Positions 45,739 to 55,138 are shown, counted from the first letter of the stretch. The stretch is 64,000 nt of DNA from an uncultured Acidobacteriota bacterium (GCA_963843575.1 CAWJKZ010000010.1:256001-320000); one strand, 5' to 3'. Made by a program: numbers and translations. Notes: generated by a model not told the origin, from the sequence alone.

Positions 45739-45849
45739 TGGAGTGCGGCGGCTCGACGCCGCAATGTCCCGATTGGGGTGGCGCCGAGGCGCCGAGCACT
45801 TCGGTCGCAGGTGCGTAAGCGGAAAGCGGCGCCGAGGCGCCGCACTTCA
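45739..45849. repeat. REP/REPIN-like palindromic element, copy 3
   Basis: TGGAGTGCGGCGGCTCGACGCCGC...AAAGCGGCGCCGAGGCGCCGCACTTCA fills the gap between convergent stops. Confidence 0.75.
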
Positions 45850-45852
45850 CAC

Positions 45853-46734
45853 TCACGCAGGGATGCGGAAGGTGCTGCGCACGTAGTCGAGGTTGTCTTT
45901 TGTGTCTTTCACGACGTCGCCCGACGGCGAAGAGGTCTCCAGCACGTACCATCCCCGGTAGCCGGTGTCGTAGTATTCCTGCGCAAGCCGCGGCCAGTCG
46001 AGGAGGTTCTGCTGGCGCATCAGCATCTTCCCGTTCTTGACGTGCGTCTGGTGGATGCGCTTGCCGAGGAGCTTGATCTCCCCGTACGGGTCGTGCACCT
46101 TCGCCTTGACGTTGGCCGGATCGTAGTAGACGGCGACGTAGTCGGAGCCAATGGCGTCGAGCAGCTTCAGGTTGTCTTCGGCGGAGAGCCAGTCCTCGAG
46201 CGAGACGACCACGCCGGCCTTCTCCGCGTAGCGGGCCACTTCCTTCATCATGGCCACGAAGAGGGCGACCTCCTTGGGGTCCTCCATGTGGATGTGGCTG
46301 TTGCCCAGGACCGGCAGCAGGATGTTGTTGGTGCCGATGCTGCTGGCCACATCGACCGCCTCGACCAGCAGGATGGCGGCGGCCGGGTGCGTCGAGAGCG
46401 GCATGCGCAACTTGCCCGGGGAGCCGATCGCGAGCGAGCAGATCTGGATGCCGTTGTCGAGCGCGGCCTTCTTGAACTGCTCCTGGACCTTCGGGCTGCG
46501 CAGGTGCGGGCTGCCGTCCTCGGGGTAGATGATGCTCACCTGGATGCCGTCGAGCCCGATGCTGCGCGCGAGCGCGAACTTCGACAGGTCCCCTCTCTCG
46601 CCAAGGTCCCAGTCGGTCATCCCGACGCGGACCGGCAGACCTTTGTCGTCGGCGGCGGGCGCGGGGCGCGCGCCGGCTGCAGCCACCGCACCCGCGGCGG
46701 CGGTCTTCATGAAATCGCGGCGGTTCACTTCCAT
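45853..46734 (-). CDS. Tat-exported sugar-phosphate isomerase/epimerase (TIM barrel)
   Basis: NRRDFMK, LEDWL, YYDPAN, THVKN, YVLET. Confidence 0.88.
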   Translation of the reverse strand: MEVNRRDFMKTAAAGAVAAAGARPAPAADDKGLPVRVGMTDWDLGERGDLSKFALARSIGLDGIQVSIIYPEDGSPHLRSPKVQEQFKKAALDNGIQICSLAIGSPGKLRMPLSTHPAAAILLVEAVDVASSIGTNNILLPVLGNSHIHMEDPKEVALFVAMMKEVARYAEKAGVVVSLEDWLSAEDNLKLLDAIGSDYVAVYYDPANVKAKVHDPYGEIKLLGKRIHQTHVKNGKMLMRQQNLLDWPRLAQEYYDTGYRGWYVLETSSPSGDVVKDTKDNLDYVRSTFRIPA

Positions 46735-46752
46735 GTTCCCTCCGGATCGCTG

Positions 46753-46789
46753 AAAAAAGGGGCCAAGCCCGCAGGACGAGCCTGGCCCC
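46753..46789 (-). terminator. Intrinsic terminator-like hairpin between oxidoreductase and isomerase
   Basis: GGGGCCAGGCTCG...CGGGCTTGGCCCC-TTTTTT on the minus strand. Confidence 0.6.
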
Positions 46790-46811
46790 GGCTGTTCGAA
46801 CGGGACTCGGA

Positions 46812-48287
46812 CTAGGACTCCGGAGGCAGGTACACCTTGCGCGGGACCGGCCTGGGGAGCAGTTTTCGGGTTTTCGGGTCGAAGGCCAGCGCCTTGCCCT
46901 GTTTATAGGACTCGACCCCCAACTTGATGGCGGTCATCACCTGGTAACCCCGCATGACGTTGTATACGGGGACCTCGCGGCTCCGCATGCAGTTGAGCCA
47001 GTTGTCGCCCAGGCTGTCGCCCTCCTCGGGTTCGATCACGACTTCGGTCTTGCCGTCGTTGGCGTCCTTGAACTCCTTCAGGAATTCACGCTCGGCCTTG
47101 ATCACGGCCTGCTCGCGGGGGCCGCGGGACCGCTGGGCGGGGGCGCCGGGCCCGGCGGGCGGCGGCGGCGCGGCGGCACGGGCGTCCCCCATCGAATCCA
47201 TCGCCTGGGCCTGGGGCGACACGATCTGGAGCGTGCCCCAGTTGCCGTAGACGCTGATGGGCGCGGACTGCTCGTTCGCCATGCAGGAGATCATGTTGAT
47301 ACAGTAGTCGCCCGGGTACTCGACCATTGTCATGTAGACGTCGGGCACCTCCCGGTTTTTCTGCACGTAGATGCCGCCGGCCCCGACCACCTGGGTGGGG
47401 AAGTCGAAGGCGATCATGGAGGACATGGCGCCGAGGCGGTGGAAGAGCAGGTCGGTGGCGTTGCCGCCCGAGTAATCCCAGAACTTTCTCCAGCGGAAGT
47501 AACGCTCTTTGCTGAAGGGGCGTTTGGGGGCCGATCCGAGCCAGGTCTTCCAATCGAGGTTCTTCGCGCTCACCTCGGCGTTGGGCCACGCCTCGCTGCC
47601 TATGCCGGGGATGGGATAGTCCCACATGCCAGTGTGGGTGTTCCGGTTGTAGCTGATCAGGCCCCAGCAGATCTTGCCCATCTTGCCGGCCTTGATATAG
47701 TCGTTGACCTTCCAGTAGAGGCGCGTCGCGGGCCCGGAACCGCCGACCTGCAGCACGCGCTTGGACTGGTTGACGATGTCGTTGAGTTCGGCGGCTTCCT
47801 CGATCGTGTAGACCATCGGCTTCTCGAGGTAGACATCCTTGCCGGCGGCGCAGGCGTCGCGGGCGATCGGGAAATGCCAGTGGTCGGGCACCGCGACGAC
47901 CACGCCGTCGATGTCGGGCCGGGCCAGGACCTCACGGTAGTCGCTGTAGGTCTTGGGCGCCTTGGTTTTTTCCTGAGCGTTTTTCACCCGCGGTTCCCAG
48001 ACGTCGCAGACGGCCATGAACTCGACATCTTTCTGACGCTCCTTGCGCGTGCCGAACATGCGCAGCAGCGACAGGAACTGCATGCCGTTACCGATAAAGG
48101 CGATGTTGATGCGGTCGTTGGCGCCCAGCACGCGCCCGGAGGCCTTGGCGACGAACTTGCTGCCCTTCTCCTTCGCGGCGGCGGCGCCCAGAAGGGTGGT
48201 TGAAGCCATGGCAGCCGCGGTCTGCCCCAGGAACTGGCGGCGCGTGGGCCGACTGCCGGGATTCTGATCATGGTTTGAATTGCTCAT
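46812..48287 (-). CDS. Tat-exported Gfo/Idh/MocA family oxidoreductase
   Basis: TRRQFL, VLGANDRINIAFIG, PDHWH, YLEKP, WRKFWDYSGG..TD. Confidence 0.92.
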   Translation of the reverse strand: MSNSNHDQNPGSRPTRRQFLGQTAAAMASTTLLGAAAAKEKGSKFVAKASGRVLGANDRINIAFIGNGMQFLSLLRMFGTRKERQKDVEFMAVCDVWEPRVKNAQEKTKAPKTYSDYREVLARPDIDGVVVAVPDHWHFPIARDACAAGKDVYLEKPMVYTIEEAAELNDIVNQSKRVLQVGGSGPATRLYWKVNDYIKAGKMGKICWGLISYNRNTHTGMWDYPIPGIGSEAWPNAEVSAKNLDWKTWLGSAPKRPFSKERYFRWRKFWDYSGGNATDLLFHRLGAMSSMIAFDFPTQVVGAGGIYVQKNREVPDVYMTMVEYPGDYCINMISCMANEQSAPISVYGNWGTLQIVSPQAQAMDSMGDARAAAPPPPAGPGAPAQRSRGPREQAVIKAEREFLKEFKDANDGKTEVVIEPEEGDSLGDNWLNCMRSREVPVYNVMRGYQVMTAIKLGVESYKQGKALAFDPKTRKLLPRPVPRKVYLPPES

Positions 48288-48438
48288 ACGATAGGAAGCT
48301 CCCTTCCAGAAAGGTCGTCGTGCGACACTCGGGGTGGCGCCGGCGACCGGTAACAACAAACGAATGAAAGAAAATAAGGCTCCTCTTCCAGCCGGACGGC
48401 TCGATGCCGCCCGCACCGGATCACCCCTGTGCGCGCCG

Positions 48439-49200
48439 TCAGGCCAGGATCACCTCGATGCCGGCCTCTTTCAGGGCGCGCTGATCCGACTTGCTGAGCC
48501 GGCTGTCGGTGATGACCTGATGCACCTCGGAAACGGGGGCGATCAGCGACAGGCCGCGCCGGCCGAACTTACTCGAGTCGCAGATCACGATGGTGCGCCG
48601 GGCGATCTGCATCATGGTGCGGTTGACGTTGGCCTCGAGCAGGTTCGGCGTGGTCAGGCCGAAGCGCACGTCGAACCCGTCTACCCCGAGGAACAGCACG
48701 TCGGCGCTGAGGCGGCGCAACGACTCCTCGGCCATCGGGCCCACGAGCGAGAACGACCTCTCGCGCAGGATCCCCCCCGTCAGAAGCACCTCGATGGAGG
48801 TGCCGGCGAGTTCGGCCGCGATGTTGACGGCATTGGTGATGACGGTGAGTTGGCGAAACTTGCGCAGGGCCCGGGCCACGGCTGTCACCGTAGTCCCCGA
48901 GTCCATGACGACCGATTCCCCCTCGCGCACCTGGGCGGCGGCCGCCTCCGCGATGCGCTGCTTCTCCGCCCGGTGCAACTTTTCTTTCTCGTGGAGGCTG
49001 GGATCGAGCAGCGCCCCCATCTGCAGCGGCAGCGCGCCGCCGTGGGTGCGGTGGATCAACCCCTGGCTGTGCAGAGACTCGAGGTCTCCGCGGATCGTGA
49101 CGTGGGAGGTTTCAAAGCGGCTTGCCAGGTCCTTGACCAGGACCCGTCCTTCCTGATTGACGATTTCCACGATTGCTCTACGGCGTTCTTCATTAAGCAT
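48439..49200 (-). CDS. agaR: DeoR-family repressor, AgaR-like
   Basis: EERRRAI, SHVTIRGDL, RTHGGA, MDSGTT, LFLGVDGFD, DSSKFGRR; AgaR subfamily assignment is by resemblance only. Confidence 0.8.
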   Translation of the reverse strand: MLNEERRRAIVEIVNQEGRVLVKDLASRFETSHVTIRGDLESLHSQGLIHRTHGGALPLQMGALLDPSLHEKEKLHRAEKQRIAEAAAAQVREGESVVMDSGTTVTAVARALRKFRQLTVITNAVNIAAELAGTSIEVLLTGGILRERSFSLVGPMAEESLRRLSADVLFLGVDGFDVRFGLTTPNLLEANVNRTMMQIARRTIVICDSSKFGRRGLSLIAPVSEVHQVITDSRLSKSDQRALKEAGIEVILA

Positions 49201-49372
49201 AGGCGCCCTAATAGGAACAACGAGGTTATCAATCCAGGCTGAATTCCCTCCCCTTTTACTATCTTTTCCTTTCCTTGTCTATTCGAAAGCCGTCCGCTTG
49301 CGTTTTGCCGGGCGCCGGGCCCGCCCGCAGGGCCCCGTCGCCGGGGCTGCGGGGCGGGCCCGATGTCCGCGG

Positions 49373-50257
49373 CTAGCTGGACGCGGCGAACAGGTATTTC
49401 TTTAGAAGGTCCCTCCCCTTGGCGATGCCGTCCCGCCCACTCGATTCCACCCCGTACCACCCGCGATAACCGGCGTCGCGGCAGAGCCGGATCAGTTTCG
49501 CGGTCCCCTCCTCGGTCGGCTGGTTGCGGTACGACATGCCGCCGGCCCAGGGGAGCATTTTCTGGACATAATCGAAGTTATCGAAATCGGGGCTCGGCGC
49601 GCGCCAGTCCGGGTAGGAACCGAAGTACAGGTTGTCGACTTCCTTGTACAACGAAACCATCCAGTCGGCGTCGTTGGACATGCCTCCGTGGTTCTCGATC
49701 AGGATGCTGATCTTCGCCGGGACGGCGTATTCGAGCATCATATTGTAGGTTTCGGTGGCCCATTTCAGGGCCTCGTCTTTCGGCGGTGGCGGTTTCAGCG
49801 GCCCGCGGCAATTGGTGCGGATCGCGTGGCAGCCCAGGTACTGCGCGACGTCGATCCATTTCCGGTGGTTCACGACGGTCTGCCTCCGCTCCTCCCTGGA
49901 GGGGGTGCAGGTCTCCCCTTCGCCATCCACCATGATGAGGACCATGGAGACGTTGAGGTCCGCCGCGTTCTTCTTCAGCCGGCGGAGGTATTCGGCCGTG
50001 GGCGATTCGAAGAGCGAGTTGACGAATTCAATCCCGTTGATGTCGAAATCGTTCCGCGCAATCTTGGGGAAGTCGACCGTCTTCCATTTGCCCTGGCGGA
50101 CCTCCTCCACGAGAGCCCACTGTGCGATCGAGATGTCGTCCTTGACCGGCCGGGACCGCGCTTGTGCAGTCCGCGGGGTCACGGAGGCAGAGGCCGCCAG
50201 GCCGGCGCCGAGGGCAAGCGAACTGGCAACAAAACTCCGGCGAGTGAGATTGTCCAT
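49373..50257 (-). CDS. Tat-exported sugar-phosphate isomerase/epimerase (TIM barrel)
   Basis: TRRSFV, ISIAQW, IEFVN, LIMVDGEG, IENHGG, YGVE. Confidence 0.85.
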   Translation of the reverse strand: MDNLTRRSFVASSLALGAGLAASASVTPRTAQARSRPVKDDISIAQWALVEEVRQGKWKTVDFPKIARNDFDINGIEFVNSLFESPTAEYLRRLKKNAADLNVSMVLIMVDGEGETCTPSREERRQTVVNHRKWIDVAQYLGCHAIRTNCRGPLKPPPPKDEALKWATETYNMMLEYAVPAKISILIENHGGMSNDADWMVSLYKEVDNLYFGSYPDWRAPSPDFDNFDYVQKMLPWAGGMSYRNQPTEEGTAKLIRLCRDAGYRGWYGVESSGRDGIAKGRDLLKKYLFAASS

Positions 50258-50708
50258 GTTCTTTCCTTTCGAATTGCGGTTGTGAGGGCGATGCTACAGT
50301 AGCAGTCGGGGACGTGTCACTCGTTTTCGTTCCGGGTGACTCCGCGCGCAGATGCGGCTAACCGATATATCCAGGGACTCCGGCCGGGCACCCGCGCCCC
50401 TCCGCGGCGCGCCGCGGCAGTCCCGTGAAGCCGCAAGTGTTCAAAACTTTTCGTACTAAAAGGATACCGGACCGAAAAGGAGATGCGTCGCACGCACGAC
50501 GGCGACGGACAGACGCCCCCGCCCCGAGGTCGCCGGCCGAGCGCAGGCGGTTTTGCCGGGGAGCGGGAAAGGGCTATGTCCGCACCTGGGAGCAAGAGGG
50601 GCGCGGGTCGCCGCTGGCTCCGGTGACCCCGGCCACCTTCTGGGCCGACCCAGCCAAACGGGTTGTGGTCTTCCGGCGCTGAGCCGTTCTTTGTACCGAC
50701 GCAGCGGC

Positions 50709-51467
50709 TTACTTCTTCTTGGCCGGTCCGACCTTGAGGAGGGTCTTCCTGTTCGAACCGGGGGCAGTGGCCGCAAAAACCACGGCCTTGTTCAATCCGA
50801 CCTGCTGCCCGATCGCCTTCAAAGCCGACATCACCGTGCGGTCGCCGAGATCGATCGAAACGAGCTGGCTCGCTTCAGGCTCGTCCAGCCGGACCTCGAG
50901 ATCGGCGACCTTTCCCAGTGCATCCATCACAGTCCGGAGAGGAACGCCATCGAAGCGGAAGACGGCCGGCGTCTTTCGTTCGAGCCTCTGCTTGAAATCC
51001 ACGCCGCCGACCCCACCCTTCACTCCTCCTGAGACTCCTCCCACTACACCTCCAGGCACACCGCCGACCACGCCTCCCGGCACCCCGCCCACGACACCTC
51101 CCGTCACGCCTCCAGGCACTCCACCGACCACGCCTCCGCCGCCTGGCATGCGGCCGGCCCCGGCAGGTTCGACTCGCAAGGTGTTCCCGTCAATCATCCA
51201 ACGGCACCCGATGCTTTCGGAGAGCGCGTTGAGAGCCGTGCGCACCGTGACGTTGATGAGCCGCATGGTCACCAGAGGCCGGGTGTCCCCAGACATCGAC
51301 AGTTCGCATCCAAGGGTTCGGGCAATCGAGCCGTACACGTCAGCCGGCGCAGCCGCTGAGACATCGATTGTCGTCCTTCGATCGAGATTTGGCTGCCCAC
51401 AAATTGGCGCGGCGGCGATGACGGCACAAAACCACCATCCGTACAGTGCGGATATCGTTCGTCTCAT
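50709..51467 (-). CDS. Exported hypothetical protein: STN/secretin-N-like domains joined by a (GGVVGGVP)n linker
   Basis: Signal peptide; VTMRLINVTVRTALNALSE and FRFDGVPLRTVMDAL resemble STN domains; central Gly/Val repeat. Confidence 0.6.
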   Translation of the reverse strand: MRRTISALYGWWFCAVIAAAPICGQPNLDRRTTIDVSAAAPADVYGSIARTLGCELSMSGDTRPLVTMRLINVTVRTALNALSESIGCRWMIDGNTLRVEPAGAGRMPGGGGVVGGVPGGVTGGVVGGVPGGVVGGVPGGVVGGVSGGVKGGVGGVDFKQRLERKTPAVFRFDGVPLRTVMDALGKVADLEVRLDEPEASQLVSIDLGDRTVMSALKAIGQQVGLNKAVVFAATAPGSNRKTLLKVGPAKKK

Positions 51468-51814
51468 GGTTGGTCTCCTCCGACCAGGATCAGGTTCAAG
51501 CCTGCCGAGGCCCCTTCAGCGGCGGTGTCGGGAGTGACTAACCAGCTGCTCCCATCAGGGCCTTCGAGCACGGCGACCCCACCCACATACTCCAGCTGAA
51601 ACGTCTCCGGTGGCACCGGCGAGATGTTGCGGAAAATGACGAAGCAGGCAAGCAGCAGTGTCGCAGACGCGAGTACGACGGCCATCCTGCGCGACGCCGG
51701 CTTGCGGGACCGCTGAGCGAGCGCTCCCGCGACGACTCGATGGACTGCTTCCGGCTCGGGCTCGTATGCCGCCCGGAGGCCGCGGTCGAGGTCGCTATCT
51801 TCCTGGTGTTTCAT
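51464..51814 (-). CDS. Putative membrane anti-sigma factor
   Basis: Small single-TM protein overlapping the ECF gene end. Confidence 0.6.
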   Translation of the reverse strand: MKHQEDSDLDRGLRAAYEPEPEAVHRVVAGALAQRSRKPASRRMAVVLASATLLLACFVIFRNISPVPPETFQLEYVGGVAVLEGPDGSSWLVTPDTAAEGASAGLNLILVGGDQP

Positions 51815-52295
51815 GTGCGTTCTCCACAAGGGCGTGCAGACGCTGCCTCGCCCTCAGTGTCCTCATTTTGAGCGCCGATTCCGAAATACCGAGGACCCGC
51901 GCGGCTTCGGGCACGCTCAGGCCGCCGACAGCGACAAGCAAGAGGGCTTCCCGGTTGCGGGCGGGCAGGAGTCTGAGGGCATGGGCCAACTCGGCGCGTC
52001 CGGATTTTCTGAGGGCGGCTTCTTCCGGATCGGGGCCGTTGTGGCGTCGACCCGCCAGCAACTCCACCGGGAGCCACAACCGGCGGCGGACGAGCACACG
52101 CGCCGCGCGCCGCCGGGCCACGGCGAACACGAACGCCTGCGGCGAGTCCGGCTGGCCGTAGCGACCCCATCGCTGCACGAGCGCCGCGAGACTCTCCTGG
52201 GCGATTTCTTCCGCGAGCGAGCGGTCCCGTGTCCGCGCCGCGCAGTAGCGGAGCAGCCCGGGGGTCAGGTCACGAACGGCTTCTTCGAGGTCCAC
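51795..52295 (-). CDS. ECF RNA polymerase sigma factor
   Basis: AEEIAQE, FVFAVARR (region 2); LPARNREALLL...LS..EAARVLGISESALKMR..RARQRL (region 4). Confidence 0.9.
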   Translation of the reverse strand: MDLEEAVRDLTPGLLRYCAARTRDRSLAEEIAQESLAALVQRWGRYGQPDSPQAFVFAVARRRAARVLVRRRLWLPVELLAGRRHNGPDPEEAALRKSGRAELAHALRLLPARNREALLLVAVGGLSVPEAARVLGISESALKMRTLRARQRLHALVENAHETPGR

Positions 52296-52508
52296 GTAAA
52301 TGTAGTACCCCGGCGGGGTTTTCAGTCACAAGTTTATCCACCAGGAACGACTGCCGGTGTCTTCCCCGCCGATCTGTCGATTTTGCCGGACGGCAGCTGC
52401 CTGAGGGCTTCGCAGGCCTCCGCCCCAGGGGCAGCGGCCGCCAGTGCCGGACGATTGAGTCGGGCGGCTTCACGCGAGAGGCTGCGAGCGAGAAATCGCC
52501 TCGGGCCT

Positions 52509-52943
52509 CTACTTGATAAGGGGATTTTCGGTTTTCAACCGAGGGAACCGACTGAAGTCGCGATCTGCCGTCAGCAGCCTCCTGACGCCGTGGTGGAGGC
52601 ACAGAGCCGCAACTCTCGCATCGTGGACGGCCCCTCCAACGAGTGCTGCGTCGCGCAGGAGGCCATCCCAGACTCGCAGGAAACCTTCTGCTTCACTCAG
52701 CAGCACAAGCGTGGGAGACTCAAACCAGTAGCCGATCTGAGTGAGCGCCTCCCCGAGGGGGGTGGGCGGATTATAGATGCGAGGGTGTGTGACGATAGCC
52801 AGAAACTCGTGCACACAGGGCCACGGGATGGCCCAGGGAGAAATCCCTTCGGCCAGGGCCGTCACGGTCCGATCGGCCTTCAGGTGCCAGGGAGAGTCGG
52901 CGCGATGGGCCTAGACGAGGATGTTGGTGTCGACCGCGATCAA
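52509..52943 (-). pseudogene. vapC: VapC PIN-domain toxin with an in-frame TAG at codon 11
   Basis: TTG start, IAVDTNILV*AHRADSPWH...EFLAIVTHPRI...HDARVAALC...TADRDFSRF. Confidence 0.85.
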
Positions 52944-52946
52944 CTC

Positions 52947-53186
52947 TCACCCCGTCCGGTAGATCAGGTCCCGCACTTGGTCCCAGTCCCCTTCGGCGAC
53001 GCCGGATTGCAGTCCCTTACCTTTGAATGGGCGACGCTGCAACTTGAAGGGGCGCCCGGTCTGATTCTGGGTGAGGCGCAACCTCAAGGCCTCCTCGACC
53101 ACCTCGCGGAGCGTCTTGTTCTCGAGTCTGGCTTGCCTTTTTGCCTTTTCGAGCAAGTCGTCGGCAATACTGATGGTCGTCTTCAT
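52947..53186 (-). CDS. vapB: VapB-type antitoxin (RHH, DUF2191-like)
   Basis: MKTTISIADDLLEKAK...TLREVVEEALR, directly upstream of the PIN gene. Confidence 0.85.
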   Translation of the reverse strand: MKTTISIADDLLEKAKRQARLENKTLREVVEEALRLRLTQNQTGRPFKLQRRPFKGKGLQSGVAEGDWDQVRDLIYRTG

Positions 53187-53340
53187 ATGGCTAACCATAC
53201 GCGGCATCGCCGGGCGCTGTCAACCGCGGCTCAAGCGCAGCGCAAACCCAGCATGGCTCGTATCAGCCCGTGGCGCGGCGCGGGGAGCGGTGCACAGGGT
53301 CGGCGCAACCGCCGCCGGGGCAAGCCAGACCGCGCGGGTT

Positions 53341-54969
53341 TCACGCTTCGCTGGCGAGGGCCGGGGTGACGCGGCGGGCGGCTACATTGGACTCCTGCCA
53401 CCGGTAGCGCATCAGGTTCCGCCCCGGCTGACGGACGTCGTCGAGTAAGCGAATCCGGGCCCACTCCACGACAGCCATGGCCGTCACCGCCGCGGAAGCC
53501 GTGAGCTCCTTAGCAGAACGCCTCCCGAACAGGTTCAGGTATTCGGATTCGAGCCGTTCGGCCAGCTCCGCGGTCACGCGGTTGGCCGCGAGAAGCCTTG
53601 CGGCAGGAAGAAACAGCCGCATCTGCCTCGTCAGCACGAAACTGTCGGCTCGCCGCCTCACGCGCGGGTCGGAGTGCCCCGACGCATACCGGTAACCACG
53701 CAGCATCGTGTCGATGGCGCGCAGCAGCGACGCCCCGTTGCGCCGGTAGTCGCGCTCGAAGGCGGCCTTCAGGAGCCCGCGCGACTCCTCACGGGCAAAC
53801 TCCGGGTGCCGGAACCAGATCTTGTCCTGGCCGTGCTGTTCGGAGTAGGGCACGTTGGTGAGGATCTTGCCCTCCCGGAGATAGGCGTCGTGCAGGGCCG
53901 TCCCCGGCATCGGTCCCAGCTGCATGAACTGCAGGTAGTCCGGCTCCAGTGAGACGGCGAAGTCGATGTCCTCCCAGATGCTCTGCGGGTTGTGGTGTTC
54001 CAGAAAGAGGATTGCCGAAGCCATGACGCTGATGCCGCGGCGCCGGAGCTCGCGCACGACCTCGTGAAAGTCGGTCCCGCGGTTCTTGGCATAGGCGTCG
54101 CGTTTCGATTCGACCCCGATCCAGACGAACTGGACGCCGAGCCGGACGAGGGCGTCGAGGTCGCCCAGACTTTTCAAAGTCTCGGCCGAACTGAAGATGC
54201 CGAAGGTGTAAAGCTTGTCCTCCCGCTCGATCCACTCGAGCAGCTCGAGCGCGCGGTCGCGGCTCTTGAGGAAATTCTCGTCGAGCACGCCAAAATCGGT
54301 CACGCCGTGGCGCTCCTCGTACCGGCGGCAAACCTCGAACATCTCGCGTCCGGTGGAGAGGAACGGCTTGTAGTCGCCGAAGAAATGGGTAGTGCAGCAA
54401 AAGCGGCACTTGTTGGGGCACCCCACGCCGGGCAGGAGCACCCCGGAGGATTGGGGGAGCGGCACTCCCATGAGCTTGCGGTTGAAGGAGCTGTGCAGGA
54501 GCGGGTGTCGCACGGGAACGTCTACTTCCTCTCCGAACAGCCGGCGCAGAAATGCCACGCCCTCGCCCCTGCAGATGTAGTCGTGCGGGACCAATCGCTC
54601 GATGCCGGGCACGCTCACCCCGTGCCCGCCCAGGATGATCTTCGTGCCCGGACATACCTCGCGCACGATCTCGGCCATTTTTTTCGCCTTGGCGACATTC
54701 GGCACGATGAAGCTGATGCCCACGTAGTCGTATCCTTTGCGGATCTCCCTCCTGAATTCGTCGAGGCTGGGGAAGTCGAGTACCGTGGCAGGCACGCGGA
54801 CGTTCTCGGCCATGAGGTATAGGCCGAAACTGTGGTGGTTGAAGCGATAAGAAAAAACCCCCTGCTCGCGCGTGACCTGGTTATGAAAGAGCTCCATCTT
54901 GTTCTCTTTCCTGCCAAACGAATCATCGACGGCAAAGGGCCCGAACACGGATGACAACAGCAATCTCAT
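53341..54969 (-). CDS. Cobalamin-binding radical SAM protein
   Basis: YDYVGIS...IILGGHG...GEG (B12-binding domain), GCPNKCRFC (CxxxCxxC), DENF, IGVES. Confidence 0.88.
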   Translation of the reverse strand: MRLLLSSVFGPFAVDDSFGRKENKMELFHNQVTREQGVFSYRFNHHSFGLYLMAENVRVPATVLDFPSLDEFRREIRKGYDYVGISFIVPNVAKAKKMAEIVREVCPGTKIILGGHGVSVPGIERLVPHDYICRGEGVAFLRRLFGEEVDVPVRHPLLHSSFNRKLMGVPLPQSSGVLLPGVGCPNKCRFCCTTHFFGDYKPFLSTGREMFEVCRRYEERHGVTDFGVLDENFLKSRDRALELLEWIEREDKLYTFGIFSSAETLKSLGDLDALVRLGVQFVWIGVESKRDAYAKNRGTDFHEVVRELRRRGISVMASAILFLEHHNPQSIWEDIDFAVSLEPDYLQFMQLGPMPGTALHDAYLREGKILTNVPYSEQHGQDKIWFRHPEFAREESRGLLKAAFERDYRRNGASLLRAIDTMLRGYRYASGHSDPRVRRRADSFVLTRQMRLFLPAARLLAANRVTAELAERLESEYLNLFGRRSAKELTASAAVTAMAVVEWARIRLLDDVRQPGRNLMRYRWQESNVAARRVTPALASEA

Positions 54970-55138
54970 GAAAACTCCCCAATGGTGAAAAGCGGTCATT
55001 CTAGCCGCTTTCCCGGCTTTGCTTTGTAAACCTATGGTAAAAGCCTGGGATTAAGGGGTGAGGGGCCGAGCCTGGCAATCGGTGCTGGCCATGGCCAGAG
55101 GCTTCTGCCTGACCGACCTGGCGCGACCGACTGCGCCG

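Noticed and set aside
50425-50682. Small ORF in the gap before the ECF operon end
   Set aside because: No recognisable motif or well-placed RBS; not supportable as a gene.
52911-52913. Genome-wide TAG recoding
   Set aside because: Several genes here end properly at TAG (for example 7724, 12267, 13247).
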